Source of the DNA: Trichoplax adhaerens
Taxonomy: Eukaryota; Animalia; Placozoa
DNA length: 64,000 bases
Assembly: GCF_000150275.1 (NCBI RefSeq)
Contig: NW_002060943.1
Location: forward strand, 6,158,008-6,222,007
Direction of reading: 5' to 3'
A model generated the notes under the pieces. The model was not told the DNA's origin and made no database searches. It saw nothing but the letters and a program-made list of their open reading frames with translations. Positions 48,155-60,447 of this stretch are shown piece after piece. The translations under genes and the position numbers were made by a program. How positions within the stretch are numbered: position 1 is the stretch's first letter; every line of letters begins with the position of its first letter.

Positions 48155-50011
48155 CGTTAATCCTGTATCACCATCACTGGATGCCAGACAGCAATCTCTC
48201 AAATCCAAATGAGTATTAATGACTACAGTACTAACTAGAGAATAGTATCGATTAAGTAATGTTTATAAATACTATTACAAAATACATATGTAATTGAAAC
48301 CAATCTGATAATAACATGGCTTATAATTACCAACATAGAGTATTTTCAAGTGCTTTATGACGCTCTTGTTTAAAATTCTTGTGCGAAACATCACTGATTG
48401 TAGATTTTTAATTGTAACATAAATACTCGTATGAGAGTTTAGATACCAAAGACCTTTGCTAGCTTAAAGTGAAATGTTTTGTAATTTTACGAATACTATA
48501 TCAGTTTGGTTTTACTGTTTCTTTATAATGATTACGGTACATTGTGACTCTAGAAACCCTAGCGATGTGAATACAGTACAGTATGTACCAGATTTATAAC
48601 ACGATCTATCTGCATTTTAATGTATATTATTTCTAGCTGCAAGTAACCCACAGCAGAATAAATTTATCTTGATTTTAGTGTGCGTGTAGAATGTTGTGTT
48701 ATATCTTTTAAATATGTAAACTTTCTTGAGAATACATTAAAAGATATTTTCTTCTGAAAATGGAATAGACTGTGTTATATTAAGATTGTTGCGCTCATTG
48801 CCCACTTGGTGCATGCACAGCAACATAAATAAAGTTAATAATAAGCAATTAAACTATAAATGGAGATGCATTAGTTAAAGAAGTAAGATATTATCACGAA
48901 GTGACTTTTCCTATAAAATGCTTATCTTATTTACGTCTGATAACATATCACTATCTATGACGTTACTCATTTTTTGAATGCATAGTTTTATAATATTATC
49001 TGTAAACTGATAATTATATAATTACTGTTTATGCCAATTTACTATAAATTGACTGTTTTTCAATAAAGTTTGGGTTCAGTTTTGTCTACCGGAGACTAGT
49101 GATGGTACTATTCCTCCTGACGATAGGAGATGGTCAGTATTTAGGATCGTACTGTAGGTATAGGAGGACAAACCTCACAGTGAACTCGTAGTATATAGTT
49201 TTCATAGTAGTTCTAAGTTTTCGTCGTTACAAATTCAGATTTGTAATAGGTATCTAACAGGGTTTTGTTCCCTTCTTGCCTGGTATGATTTTTAGCGGAA
49301 AGTGTAGTAGTAGTAATACGATCAAAATCGGTGTCATTCATAGGGTACGAATAGAAATTAATAATCGATACTGTGTTTATTTAGATTGTATGTAGGGGTC
49401 AATGCTTGAAACTGCTTCATTAATTATATAATTAGTCTGTTGTTTATAACCTGGCTAAGAATTAAACTATCCTTATTCAGTATTCCAATAAATAAAAAAA
49501 TTAACAATAACTTTAGAAATGGTAGTACGTTATAAATGTAAATTGAGTAATAAATTCATTCAAGATATACAGTTTTCCCATTCTCTCTTTCCTAAATGGT
49601 ATTTTGGTTTACGATACTGTCAAGGACTTTGATTTGTTGTAATCCAAGATTAACATCAACTGACACCTATTTTTATAGGTGAGATAAATGACAATTTTCA
49701 ATTCATTAATTATTATAAGCTTTCAATCACAGAAATAGTACATTTTGTAATTGCATAGAAAGATATCACGATAATAAGAATCATTTTGATTCAATTTATG
49801 ATAGACAGAAGCGTATTGTTTCAATAGCCGTCTTTTTATATGATTAAAATTCTTCGATTTTTGATATCAGGTCATTTGAAAGTAGTAGTGTACAGTACTC
49901 CAAACTACTTGTTGATCAATTAACGCTGTGGCTTGTAATCGTACAGTATATACTGTATAAAATCAAAATCCAAATTTTCTGGTGTTTGTTATGTTAAAAT
50001 TGAAGAGTATG

Positions 50012-50725
50012 CTAGAGGTTGCTCGTATCGAAATCATCGTCGTCTAGAGAACGAGGTAAGAACCAAGTCTTGAATCGTAATTGTGGGTGATTCACAAAAT
50101 CTGGTTCACGATTAAAAGCAATTACGCTGATTTGGATGAGTATTGCAGCAGTTAGACCCCATATCTTATACTGACGATCATTGACTGAATCGAAATAGTT
50201 AAATGAATGCATAGTATAATTTCGTCTTCGATGCATGATATTATCCATTTCATGATTGTGATCGCTAAGGAATGTTTCCAATGGGACAGTGAAAGCAGAG
50301 CTAACCTCATCTTGACTCAATATCATCTCGAAGTGAGGATTGATAAAACTAATAACAGGGTATACTTTGAGGTTATTGACGGAAGTCACCGGGTATAGCG
50401 TTGTAACAACATCGACATGACTGGAAGGCAAACCAATTTCTTCATTGGCTTCACGTAGTGCAGTAGCTACAGTATTTTCATCTTCGGGATCTTTCCTACC
50501 TCCAGGAAATGCCACTTGGCCTTTATGCGATGATAAATTCTCAGTTCTTTGAGTTAATATCACTTGCAATTGATCACCTTGAAAGAATAACGGTACCAAA
50601 ACAGCTGCAACACCAACTTCATGATTATCTCTGGCGAATAGTTTTTTATACAAGTGGGTTTGAGTAAAGCGTAACAATCTCTTTTTGACTTCTTCCATGG
50701 CGTAATAACAGTCGGATAATCTCAT
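50012..50725 (-). CDS. NUDT7: Peroxisomal CoA diphosphatase (Nudix PCD1/NUDT7 family), intronless
   Basis: AAVLVPL; CoA motif LTQRTENLSSHKGQVAFPGG; Nudix box GGRKDPEDENTVATALREANEEIG; IWGLTA; C-terminal SNL (PTS1-like). The start could instead be the Met at 50698. Confidence 0.92.
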   Translation of the reverse strand: MRLSDCYYAMEEVKKRLLRFTQTHLYKKLFARDNHEVGVAAVLVPLFFQGDQLQVILTQRTENLSSHKGQVAFPGGRKDPEDENTVATALREANEEIGLPSSHVDVVTTLYPVTSVNNLKVYPVISFINPHFEMILSQDEVSSAFTVPLETFLSDHNHEMDNIMHRRRNYTMHSFNYFDSVNDRQYKIWGLTAAILIQISVIAFNREPDFVNHPQLRFKTWFLPRSLDDDDFDTSNL

Positions 50726-51029
50726 CCACTACATCAATAAGTATTAAAAAGGCAAATCAACAGAGGTATTTGATTCGAAAATCCCAGTAGAAGTTGAAAT
50801 GAATCAACCAGCTTGCAGAGAAGCCATCAGCAACGACATCGACTGCTGTGCTCTCCAGCCTCTCCTACGATAAACTTACAGTACTGTACTGTACAGTACT
50901 ACTGACTGTACACTGTACAGTATAGATACAGTACATAGTACTGTGTACTGTACACATCGCTGAATAGTACTGTACTGCTCGGCGGCTTTCCACCTATATC
51001 CTACTCGCCAAGTTCATCTGGTTACCAAC
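50726..51029. promoter_or_regulatory. Compact bidirectional promoter NUDT7/FAM32A with a dense TACAG/CTGTA block
   Basis: The ATGs are about 300 bp apart. 50877-50977 consists largely of tacag/ctgta/gtac words. Confidence 0.8.
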
Positions 51030-52640
51030 ATGTCTGATCCTTATGAATGCGTTCCTACAGCTTTAAAATTAAAATCCAGCTCATCCAAGAATAAGAAGTA
51101 AGTGTTTTAGCTCGTATTTGAATTCTTGTTCTTGAATCGCTATGAAAGGGAAATGGATTGAATCAAGATGCCTGTTAAATGACAGTCATATCACATGCTA
51201 CTAGTTGGGTTGAAACACAGTAGTTGGATGTTTTTGCCATATTGATATTTGATTGATGTAGGAGTTTAGGTAAACTGTCTTTGCCTACTGCAATAGTCTA
51301 CTGCTGTAGTGCTGTAGTCTATTAGTGGTAGTTTATCGCAATCCCTCATTTCTTAGTCAATACATTCTCAGTGGAACAGGTTTGATGGTAATACACAGTA
51401 CTTATTGTACAAATAGAATACGACTATACCATGGTGCCATTTTTTAAGACACACGCAAGTGCAAAAACATCAATGATTGATCGACCAAGCTGATATGAAT
51501 GAACGAAACTTAGCTAGATCATATTTGAAAGAGAACTTTAATTCATCATAATATAGGAAAAAACATAAGAAAAAGGATCGTCAAGAAGAATCGCACCAAG
51601 AAACAGCAGAAAAGAATGCTGATCAAGGTAGTTATTCACCCGAAAGGACTAAAGCTGAATTAGCTTTCCGCAAGATACAAGAAAAACGGGTAAATTTCCT
51701 CTCCGTAATCTCAAGATATTTTTTCTAAATGAGACTATAGCTATTACATATTTATAGTATTAAACAACTATACAATATGTAAGTGGATTAGACGTTCTTT
51801 CATGCACTGATCAGTGTTATACTAGTACAAGTAGTTGTTGGCAAGAGTGCTGTTGCAGTTTCCGTATTAATTCAATCGACTGTGTAGCATTTTTAAGTCG
51901 CTCGAAGTAAATCGTATCTAGCCATAAAATAGTTGTAACATATTTAGCAATCCACTGGTCTATAAATAAGTCAATATTTTTATTTTCTATAACAGCAATC
52001 TGAAAAAATTAAAAAATTGGCCTCCAAGACCCATAAACAACGCGTTGAGGTACGCAATGTAACAATAAAGATAATATCCTCTCAATGAAAAATAGTCAAA
52101 TTGTATTAGTAGTTGCTATGAATATCATATGCTTTACATTATTAGCTATTGTATACCGGTATACCCGTTATGTAAAATTGACGAGTTAGTCAATCATTGA
52201 TGTACATTAAATTGAGAGCATTTTGTCAATATGCCATTTTGCTATATTCGTAGAGACTATGCGGTATGGTATTACGTGTACACGAGTGGAAGTGTTATCT
52301 TGTCACAATCGCCTAGAACGAGTGTATTCATTTGACTATACCTATCAGCTAGATCCTAGTAATTTAAATTTTCTTAACTGTAGAAAGAGATACGCGAGTT
52401 TGCTAGTTTCTCTAGGCTACGAATTGATTGTATTACTGTTGAGATTTTCAATTGGTCGATTCTGCCTACATGCTGCTGGCTTACCATTTTAAGAATTTCG
52501 ACTATTTGCTTTCTAACTTTTCTTTAAATTACATAATCTTAACCATTGTACCTGAATGTTTCACTTTATAGCAATTGAACGCATACTTGGACTCTTTGAC
52601 CGAGCACTACGATATTCCCAAAGTAAGCTGGACGAAATAA
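51030..52640 (+). CDS. FAM32A: FAM32A family small basic nuclear protein; 4 exons
   Basis: MSDPYECVPTALKLK...KKKHKKK...RTKAELAFRKIQEKR|QSEKIKKLASKTHKQRVE|QLNAYLDSLTEHYDIPKVSWTK*, which is the diagnostic FAM32A C-terminus. Confidence 0.96.
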
Positions 52641-54529
52641 TAATTTTACAACATATTTGGACTACATTAGGCTACCGATAAAGTCCATGCGATAGCTGAC
52701 TCGTGTAACTGTGTCTGCAATATATTAACGATGTCTATAATAGCATATCAAAGAAAAACAATTTGTATTTATGTGTACTATATAATTAATTAATCTGATA
52801 AAAAAGAGACTGATGATCGATCGTAATATAGGTAATAGATAATTTATTGTGCTCGATTTTACTTCTGTATCAACTCTCGCACAAATCTATATCACTGCAA
52901 GGTATAAATCGATTCGTTTTGTAGATTGTATAGTTATTGTATGTATTAACATTCGTCATCGCAAGCTCTGAATAAAAATTGTCTTACACTTAATTAAGTG
53001 TTCGTCTCCAGTATGCCTTATTTTGTGATCGACTTCATGTACCTGCACATCTATGCTGCTTCTTACTGTATGGCATTCACGATGGATTTCCATCTTTTAT
53101 TATTCGTTACGGATATCATAAAGTATTTAATATTGTTCTGCACTGTTCCATGTCAAGGAAAGTCAATTTATCAAATTGATAAAATAGATCGCTAATGATG
53201 TTATGTCAAGTAATCATGCTAAGTACTTGACTTTTGGTCAGCTTGGTAATGGTACTGAATCCAAATGGGGATAACCCTACTTTAAAATGAATTTATTTTT
53301 GAAATTTATTACGAATTGTATATAAGCATCGTCAATATTATTTTGCATTATAGCAGTAGTAAAATTAAATATGCTAAGAACTCAAAATGTTCGCACTTTC
53401 CAAAATCAGTTTATTGTCGCATGATAACTGCCAGGGTCACTATAACACGGATTGAACGATACAGATTGCTAAACATCGCCTTGTATATGGAATATTGGAT
53501 CATTTACAGCTATCTAAAAGCCCAAGAGTCTCGATCGAACCAAATCAGTAAGAGGAGAGCTTCTTCCTCTTACGTACTTCTATCACAGACTACTCTATCG
53601 CCTACACTATGGCAGCGAGTTTTCCTCGCTGCAATAGTCAATCACTCACTACAGTACAGCACAGTAGTTGAACAGCTACCGTGCCATATAGTAGAGCATT
53701 GTTGCAGTCTTCCCCTTATAAACACTGCAAGCTTGAGTACCGTATAGGTCAGTATCGACTGGACAAGTGGTTAGTATAAATTCAATTAGATAAACAAATT
53801 GCTGCCTCACGATTAGGAATAATTTCTGTTTGCTAATAAACACCCTGTTAGCGAGATTATTATAGTTATTCTAAGACAATATTAGATGTACGAGTTACTA
53901 GATAGAGATGAATCATTAATCTAATTGAATTGAATTTATTTATTTATTCATGAATAATTCGAGGAAATATTAATTAGTTGAAGGCCGATTATAATTATTA
54001 ATCTACCGGTGGTTTTTAGGCTTTTGGGCTAGATTTACAAGGACATCGTTCAAGCTACGACATTAACATAGAAGAAGAATCCATCGCTGTTGCAAACAAC
54101 CTATGGCAATGGGCTTTCTGAAGTCTCCAATGGTAGAAATTTGGATGGATGATCAAATGAAGTAGATGAAAGAAAGAATTCAATCGTTTGTAGTTTATCG
54201 TTGCAGTACTAACAACTCCTCTCATAACCACAAAATTAGATCGTAATTCTATTCGTTACAATTGAGCATCATCGCACATGAATTTTATGATCTAAAAGTG
54301 GAGATTTACATACATTGAGTTAATAATACCTTTACAAGTGTTTGATGCTCCCTTAGTGAGGAGGAATTATGAGCGATTTATCAGTTGTAGAGGTCAATGA
54401 TAAGATGCCGAAGTGATAATATGGTATAGCTCTTGTAGCCCATAGTAATAAGGAATTGTAATAAATAAATTCAACTTTATATTTTCATTCTTGTCGTTGT
54501 CGACAGCATTACGCCGACGCTCATTTATT

Positions 54530-56468
54530 ATGGATAGCATTAAACATGAAGCAATGATAGATCAGCATCCGCAATGTCTCACTTGTATCCTCATCGATTG
54601 TCAACACAAGAATCATTGCCAAATGATTCAATGCAATAATAGCGGATGCAATGCCTGCTTTCATGCGTGTAAATTAACCGAACATAAATTGCTTTGCTTA
54701 TACGAAAATGTTCAATGCATAAATTGGTACTATGGTTGTCCTCAAACTATGCCAAGGTGTAGATTAAATCAACACTTAACAGTATGTCCTGCCAGTATCG
54801 TTCACTGCTCTAAAAAGTGGAGTCGATGTCCTACATGGTGTAACACTGGTGACATAAATCCACCCTATGTCTTGGGTCAAATCGATTATGAGGCTGCACT
54901 TTGCGATCAACAAAAATTGCTACAATTCTATGAGAATAGTCAATCTATCGATTTCGAAAATCTTATTAAAAGTCGATTTTCTTCTTCACATGCTTGCTGG
55001 TTTGATGATTATTGTAAAAGAAGTAATGAGGCTATAGAAAGTATAATACAATCGCGACTTTGTGTAGATATGATCCATCAGATTCAAATGTTGAATATCG
55101 AGCAAAAAGGCAAAATAACTATAGAAGATGAAACTTTCGCTAAAGAAGATCTATTTCCATTACTCAATAACATTGATGCCTTGTACGAGATTCAGCAAAA
55201 ATTGCGATTTGCAAGTCGATCTCAACATGATGTTAAAGCCAACAATATATTTGCAAATGGCAGAACGCTTAAATTGAAAGATGGAAGATTGGTTGCTGAT
55301 GCCAAGACCAGCATACATCTTGGGCATGAAGATAAGAGTACAGATGGCTCTTTTATGGATCGTACGCTACAAGTAGAACGATATAAATTAATCCAGTTAC
55401 TACCGAAAATGGTGCAACAATTAAGCGAATTATTAAATAAATCGACCAGATTGCAAAGTAAGGAATTAAACCATTTACAGAAATTGCTATCAGCACTACA
55501 ATTAAATGATAGTGCGATTAGCCCTGAATGCGCCAACGAGGGTAAACTAGGAGGTCCAAGATATTCAGATTTTACTGTAAATAGAGTACAGCATATTAAG
55601 AATGCTCACTGGATGCTTAACAGCATGAAAAATCGTGGTGTACTCCTTGGACTACATCTACAGCCGGGACTACACAACGAAGAACATATTTTTCAATTAT
55701 CTTGCAATCAATACTTTCGCCGTGGTGAATATAGACAACATGTTAAATTCTCTCATACACAAACGCAATGTGAACTTAGTGGATGGTTTAAGCAAAGATG
55801 CCCTCTAGCACAATATGGATGCCCCTTTTTATGTAGTGTATTAAAGCCCAATGCAGGAGAAATTGGTCTCGATTTACAATTGGGCTCATATATTTTACGT
55901 AATTATGATAAAGAGTCAACATATTGGCGAGATTCTGTTGAAAGTAAAAATACGCGCGGAGGGACGGAACTACAATACTGTCCAATGTTAGATTTGCCAG
56001 ATGAAGTCATTGAACGTATTTTACTACTTTTAGATAGTTATTCTATGTACAATCTATCCCTAACTTGTTGGCAAATGAGAGAAATGTGTTCATTACTGTT
56101 GGTAAAAAAAGGTACCGTAGCTATAGAATGGGAGAAAGCACAGAATTGTAAATGGCAAATAGCTCGCAAGGTAAGGAATAAGCTAAGCGTCCTCAATGTA
56201 ATCAAGTATATTTTCTTTTTATCTTGGCTTGAAGTATTTGATAGCACCTACGCCGTCTTTATTAACACCTATTGACATGTTAATATTTCTTGCAATATGT
56301 GTTATACAGATATGGAAGTATTCGACTGCCTGTTCACAAACTAGTGGCTGGAAGATTGATGATACCAGCATCATAGCAAGACACCTACAAACGTGTCCTT
56401 ACTACGTTAAACAAATCTATCCCGACAAGCGTGTAATGTTGCCTATATGCACTGAATTAATTGGATGA
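54530..56468 (+). CDS. F-box protein FBXO30/FBXO40 family (TRAF-type zinc finger plus F-box); 2 coding exons (54530-56170, 56310-56468)
   Basis: CNACFHACKLTEHKLLC...CINWYYGCP...HLTVCPASIVHC; CNQYFRRGEY..HVKFSH...GWFKQRCPLAQYGCPF; F-box LDLPDEVIERILLLLDSYSMYNLSLTC; C-terminal HLQTCPY. Confidence 0.92.
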
Positions 56469-57512
56469 TAGACCTTACTAGCTATAAATAATTACGTATA
56501 CTAATTACGCGAGTAAATCATGGGTGAAATAGAACATATAACAGTGACTCTTTTAATGCCCCGATATTATGGTCAATGCGACTCATTCAATATTTTGTAA
56601 CCATTGTATAATAGTAAACGATCATAAGTGGACGTAATATCCAGAAAAGTGTTTAATGGAAGATTTTGATATGACTATGAATATAAGCTTACATGACCTT
56701 TGTTAAATGTTAATTAATAATTATTACTTGTTATCACGCATTTTAAAATAATTTTTTAAAATTAGGTTTAAACAGTACAAAATACTGTATGATGTGCTAC
56801 GGTTTCAAATTTTATCTACAGTATGAATTGTTATCAGAACTCCTGTAAATGCTGTATGAAGAGATTGAGGTTTTACCTTATTAAAAGAATTTCTAACTTA
56901 TTCTCTTAACTTTGGTGACATCGGAGCTGAGCTTATAGATGGCATCGTTTGATGAGATAAGTCGAAAGTAGTCAAGAGGCTTTAGCAATTACAGTACCTT
57001 CCCTACCAACACTGCCTTTATGATGTACGCAGTCATTAGCAATAGCCGAAACTGATATAGGACACATTAACTGTTTGATATTGCACCTACTAATAGATTA
57101 CGCAATCCAATTGCAGTATTTAGTCTAGCAATACGTAACGTATGCAATATAAACCTAAACTTGCAAGTATCTTGCGACATTTATAGGAAAGCTAATAATA
57201 CCCTTAAATCATAATCAAATGCTATACCCAATTCATTCAAAGGCAAATTAGTTATGATAGCAAATTACGATCAATACATTAGATCTCATAATGCACTGTA
57301 GTATATTGTTGCAGTGAGATGATGTATACAGAATAAATATAGCCTTACCAAGCATCGGATAATAATTACTTTATAGCCATTTAGAAATGAACATAATAAA
57401 CTTACATAAATACGAGTACACAGATCAAAATATGTCCAATTTAAACCTTCAAAAGAAATCGTTTAGACATCTTTGAAGTTCCAAACAGGAACATTAACAT
57501 TCATACAACTAA

Positions 57513-59759
57513 TCAACCATTTTGCTGATAAACGTGATCTAAAAATCCTTTACATGATTGCAAGCACTGCTCATAAACTTTTTCAAAGGCAGTCAAATTA
57601 TGACTCTAAAATGAGATAAGACGCCATGGTTAGTAAATTGAAAGTCAACAGGAACATTAACTATATGATACTTTATCAGTAGTTATTTTAGTTTTTAACA
57701 CTCAAAAGCAGTCCAGACATGGGTAAATACAATTTATAGTAAAAGCAGGATGAATTAAATGACACGACTTACATAATAAGGGTCCTGAATTATTTTCTGC
57801 TTATCTCCACTAAAGCTTCCTAGCAGATTGATAGAAGCAGTAGAATTTCGAGGGGACATGTGCTTTATATTTCTACGTAGCATAAAATAGCAGTGTATAT
57901 AAAATATTACCACGCTACAGTATTAAGTCAAATAACAAAACCATTTTACTTTACGCTACTAAACATCCTTCTTTTCTACAATTTTAATTTGCTAACATAG
58001 CATTGGCCATTGCTAATTTTTCCTTATACACATGTGAATATTATGCCATTACTAGCATGGTCATATAGTTGATATTATAGTATTTAAGCATTCAAAAAAA
58101 AAGCTTAATAATTAAATCTACCTAACATTAGAACGGCTATTACAACTGCAAATAGAACTTTACCTGATGTTACTCTCATCCATACCAAAGATAAACTCAA
58201 ACTTTGTGTAATCTTCCGTACGAATCTGTTAAGAGCACGATAATAAAGTTGTTATCAAAGTGTTAGCAAGATAGATTTCATTTGACAGATGCAGTTACTC
58301 GCGAAGTAATTATGCAAATAATGGGGTACTTAAGGATAAGAAGAAAAATCGACCTGTCTAGCAAAATGAGAATAATCTTGTATGTTATGACGCGATAGTA
58401 CGGTCATTGTTCTATCATCAGGTGGTTCTCCAATTTCATATGTTGATGTTGCAGCACTGCCAATTTCCCACTGAAAGATTTGCGGTAAGTTAGAGTATAT
58501 CTATGTTATCGTGATGAGTTTAAACAGCATGGCACGTTTCTAACATTATAATCACGCAGTTCACAATATACTCGTACAAAGCAGAAAATTTATAAAAATT
58601 TTATACAATAACTTGAGATACGTCAGTATTTCGCAACTTCATGTAGTTAAGAGATATTTTATTAATAAGTACATTTCAATTCAACTTAATATACAGTATA
58701 AATATACAGTAATAACTTGTTTGATATCTCAGATCCGTTGCCTTATGTGTTAAAAGCATATATCTAACGTGGACTGAAATGAAGTGGTAAGATTTTACAT
58801 GGATTACTAGAAATGACAAAAATGAAAGTAGTATCTATTAGTCTACGAGTATAGCAAGAGCATAACGAACGCTATTGCATCACAGGTCTATCAAAGATGT
58901 TTCCTTTTTAAAGTGATCTGATTCATTCTTCATTTTTATATGTTTACAACCTCATTCATAATGCCACGTTCCTTTACTAGGTTGATAAAGATACCCTCAG
59001 CCATTGTCGATCGACAAATATTACCTGTAATAGCAAGATATGGCAAAAAATCAAAAAATTTATAATTTACATAACGGATCCGTATCTATTGAAAATAAGG
59101 GAAGTCAAGGATCAATACCAGCTGAACTAGCTAACTATGTACGCATCCTATTGCATAGACAATAAAATGTCCTCTTTGTGTAAGACGTTGTAGTAAATAC
59201 TTTATGATCGATCTCAATTTACTTGTTGCCTATGTAGCATCTATCAATGTTATCTTGTGTATGGTGTATAGTAGTGATACTTTATAGCAGATCTTATTTG
59301 CGCAAACCTGAGCACTGGACTCGTGTGTAGTTAGCTAATTTATTTGGAGTCTTAATACATGCATTTCAATGGAATCCCTGCAGAATACATATGGTAGAGT
59401 ATACAGCACAGTATACGATATATTGTACAATATGCATGTAAGGCATAACATTGAAAAACACTAATCTGCAAACTAATTGTACTAATATCATTTTTCTATA
59501 TGTATATATTATACAGTACACTAACGATTAATTAAGTTAATTAATCATAATACGAGTATAAAATACTTCAACTGAGCAGCTTTGTTCATAATAGTAGCAT
59601 CGAAGCAGCAGCTAGATTGTGCAAATGGTCGAACAACAATACAGTCAACGCAAGACAGAAATGGGCGGATATTCAGCAATCTACTCTACAATAGCTGGTT
59701 AATATTAATCCTATTTTCAGAATACCTAAGCATACAAATAAAACCGAATGTTTGGCCAT
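57513..59759 (-). CDS. ACP1: Low molecular weight phosphotyrosine phosphatase; 6 exons (absent from the ORF track)
   Basis: MAKHSVLFVCL|GNICRSTMAEG...|WEIGSAATSTYEIGEPPDDR...HFARQ|IRTEDYTKFEFIFGMDESNI|R...LLGSF...IIQDPYY|SHNLTAFEKVYEQCLQSCKGFL. The CX5R P-loop and DPYY general-acid loop are intact. Confidence 0.96.
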
Positions 59760-60447
59760 GATTTCTTTGGTGATTGGATACCGAGAAGCTTCAATTTGTG
59801 CTATCCAATACTGAGTGAGCCAAGAGCTAGTTCTTGAGTGAGCTCATGGAATCTGGTACTGTACACTGTACACTTGTACTGTACTGCAGTGTATAGTACT
59901 GTACAAAGTGTACGAGTGAGTGTGCGTACTGTGCATACAGTACAGTGTACAGTACATCTTAAGGGGTGCTTTGTACTGTACAGTATCTTAACACAATTTT
60001 TTGGTCCACCGCCCAGCTGTCTTTTCTGTCCGTATCAGCACCAGATACGTACAGTAATTGTACACTATCCAGCTGTCCTTTCCTACCGTGTCAGCACCAG
60101 ATGCGTACCGTACTGTACAGTACAGTACTGTACAGTACAGTACAAGACACTGTCATTGTACAATACAATATACTGTACTGTGCTGTGACGAGAAGATGAA
60201 AAGTGAAGTGCCGTACCGTACTGTACTGTACCTTCTTCTACTGGTACCGGTACAGAAAACATGGAGTACAGTACTGTAAAGTCACACTACGGTACCAAAT
60301 GCAACTCAAACTGCGGGTCAGCTCCATTGTGCTCCATTGCGCGGTACAAATGTAATGAACACGTCGAGATTTCAACAGTGTCAAAGTGCCAACGATCACG
60401 TTAAGACGTAGACAGTGTACCATTGCGGCCTTTAGTGTATCCACACT
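59760..60447. promoter_or_regulatory. Bidirectional promoter ACP1/INTS12 with TACAG/CTGTA blocks and a ~56-bp direct duplication
   Basis: Head-to-head ATGs. Motif-dense at 59857-59985 and 60105-60280. ccagctgtc...tcagcaccagat is repeated at 60013 and 60069. Confidence 0.75.

Noticed and set aside
53316-53747. 143-aa ORF upstream of the F-box gene
   Set aside because: It has a non-ATG start and no recognisable motif, and it overlaps the probable promoter.
57955-57991. Possible poison exon in an ACP1 intron
   Set aside because: The splice signals are only moderate (gtaaag donor) and are expected by chance in AT-rich introns.
59838-60444. Several overlapping STVQYCTV-type ORFs (similar ones at 9626-10524 and 45691-46010)
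   Set aside because: They are translations of the non-coding promoter motif.
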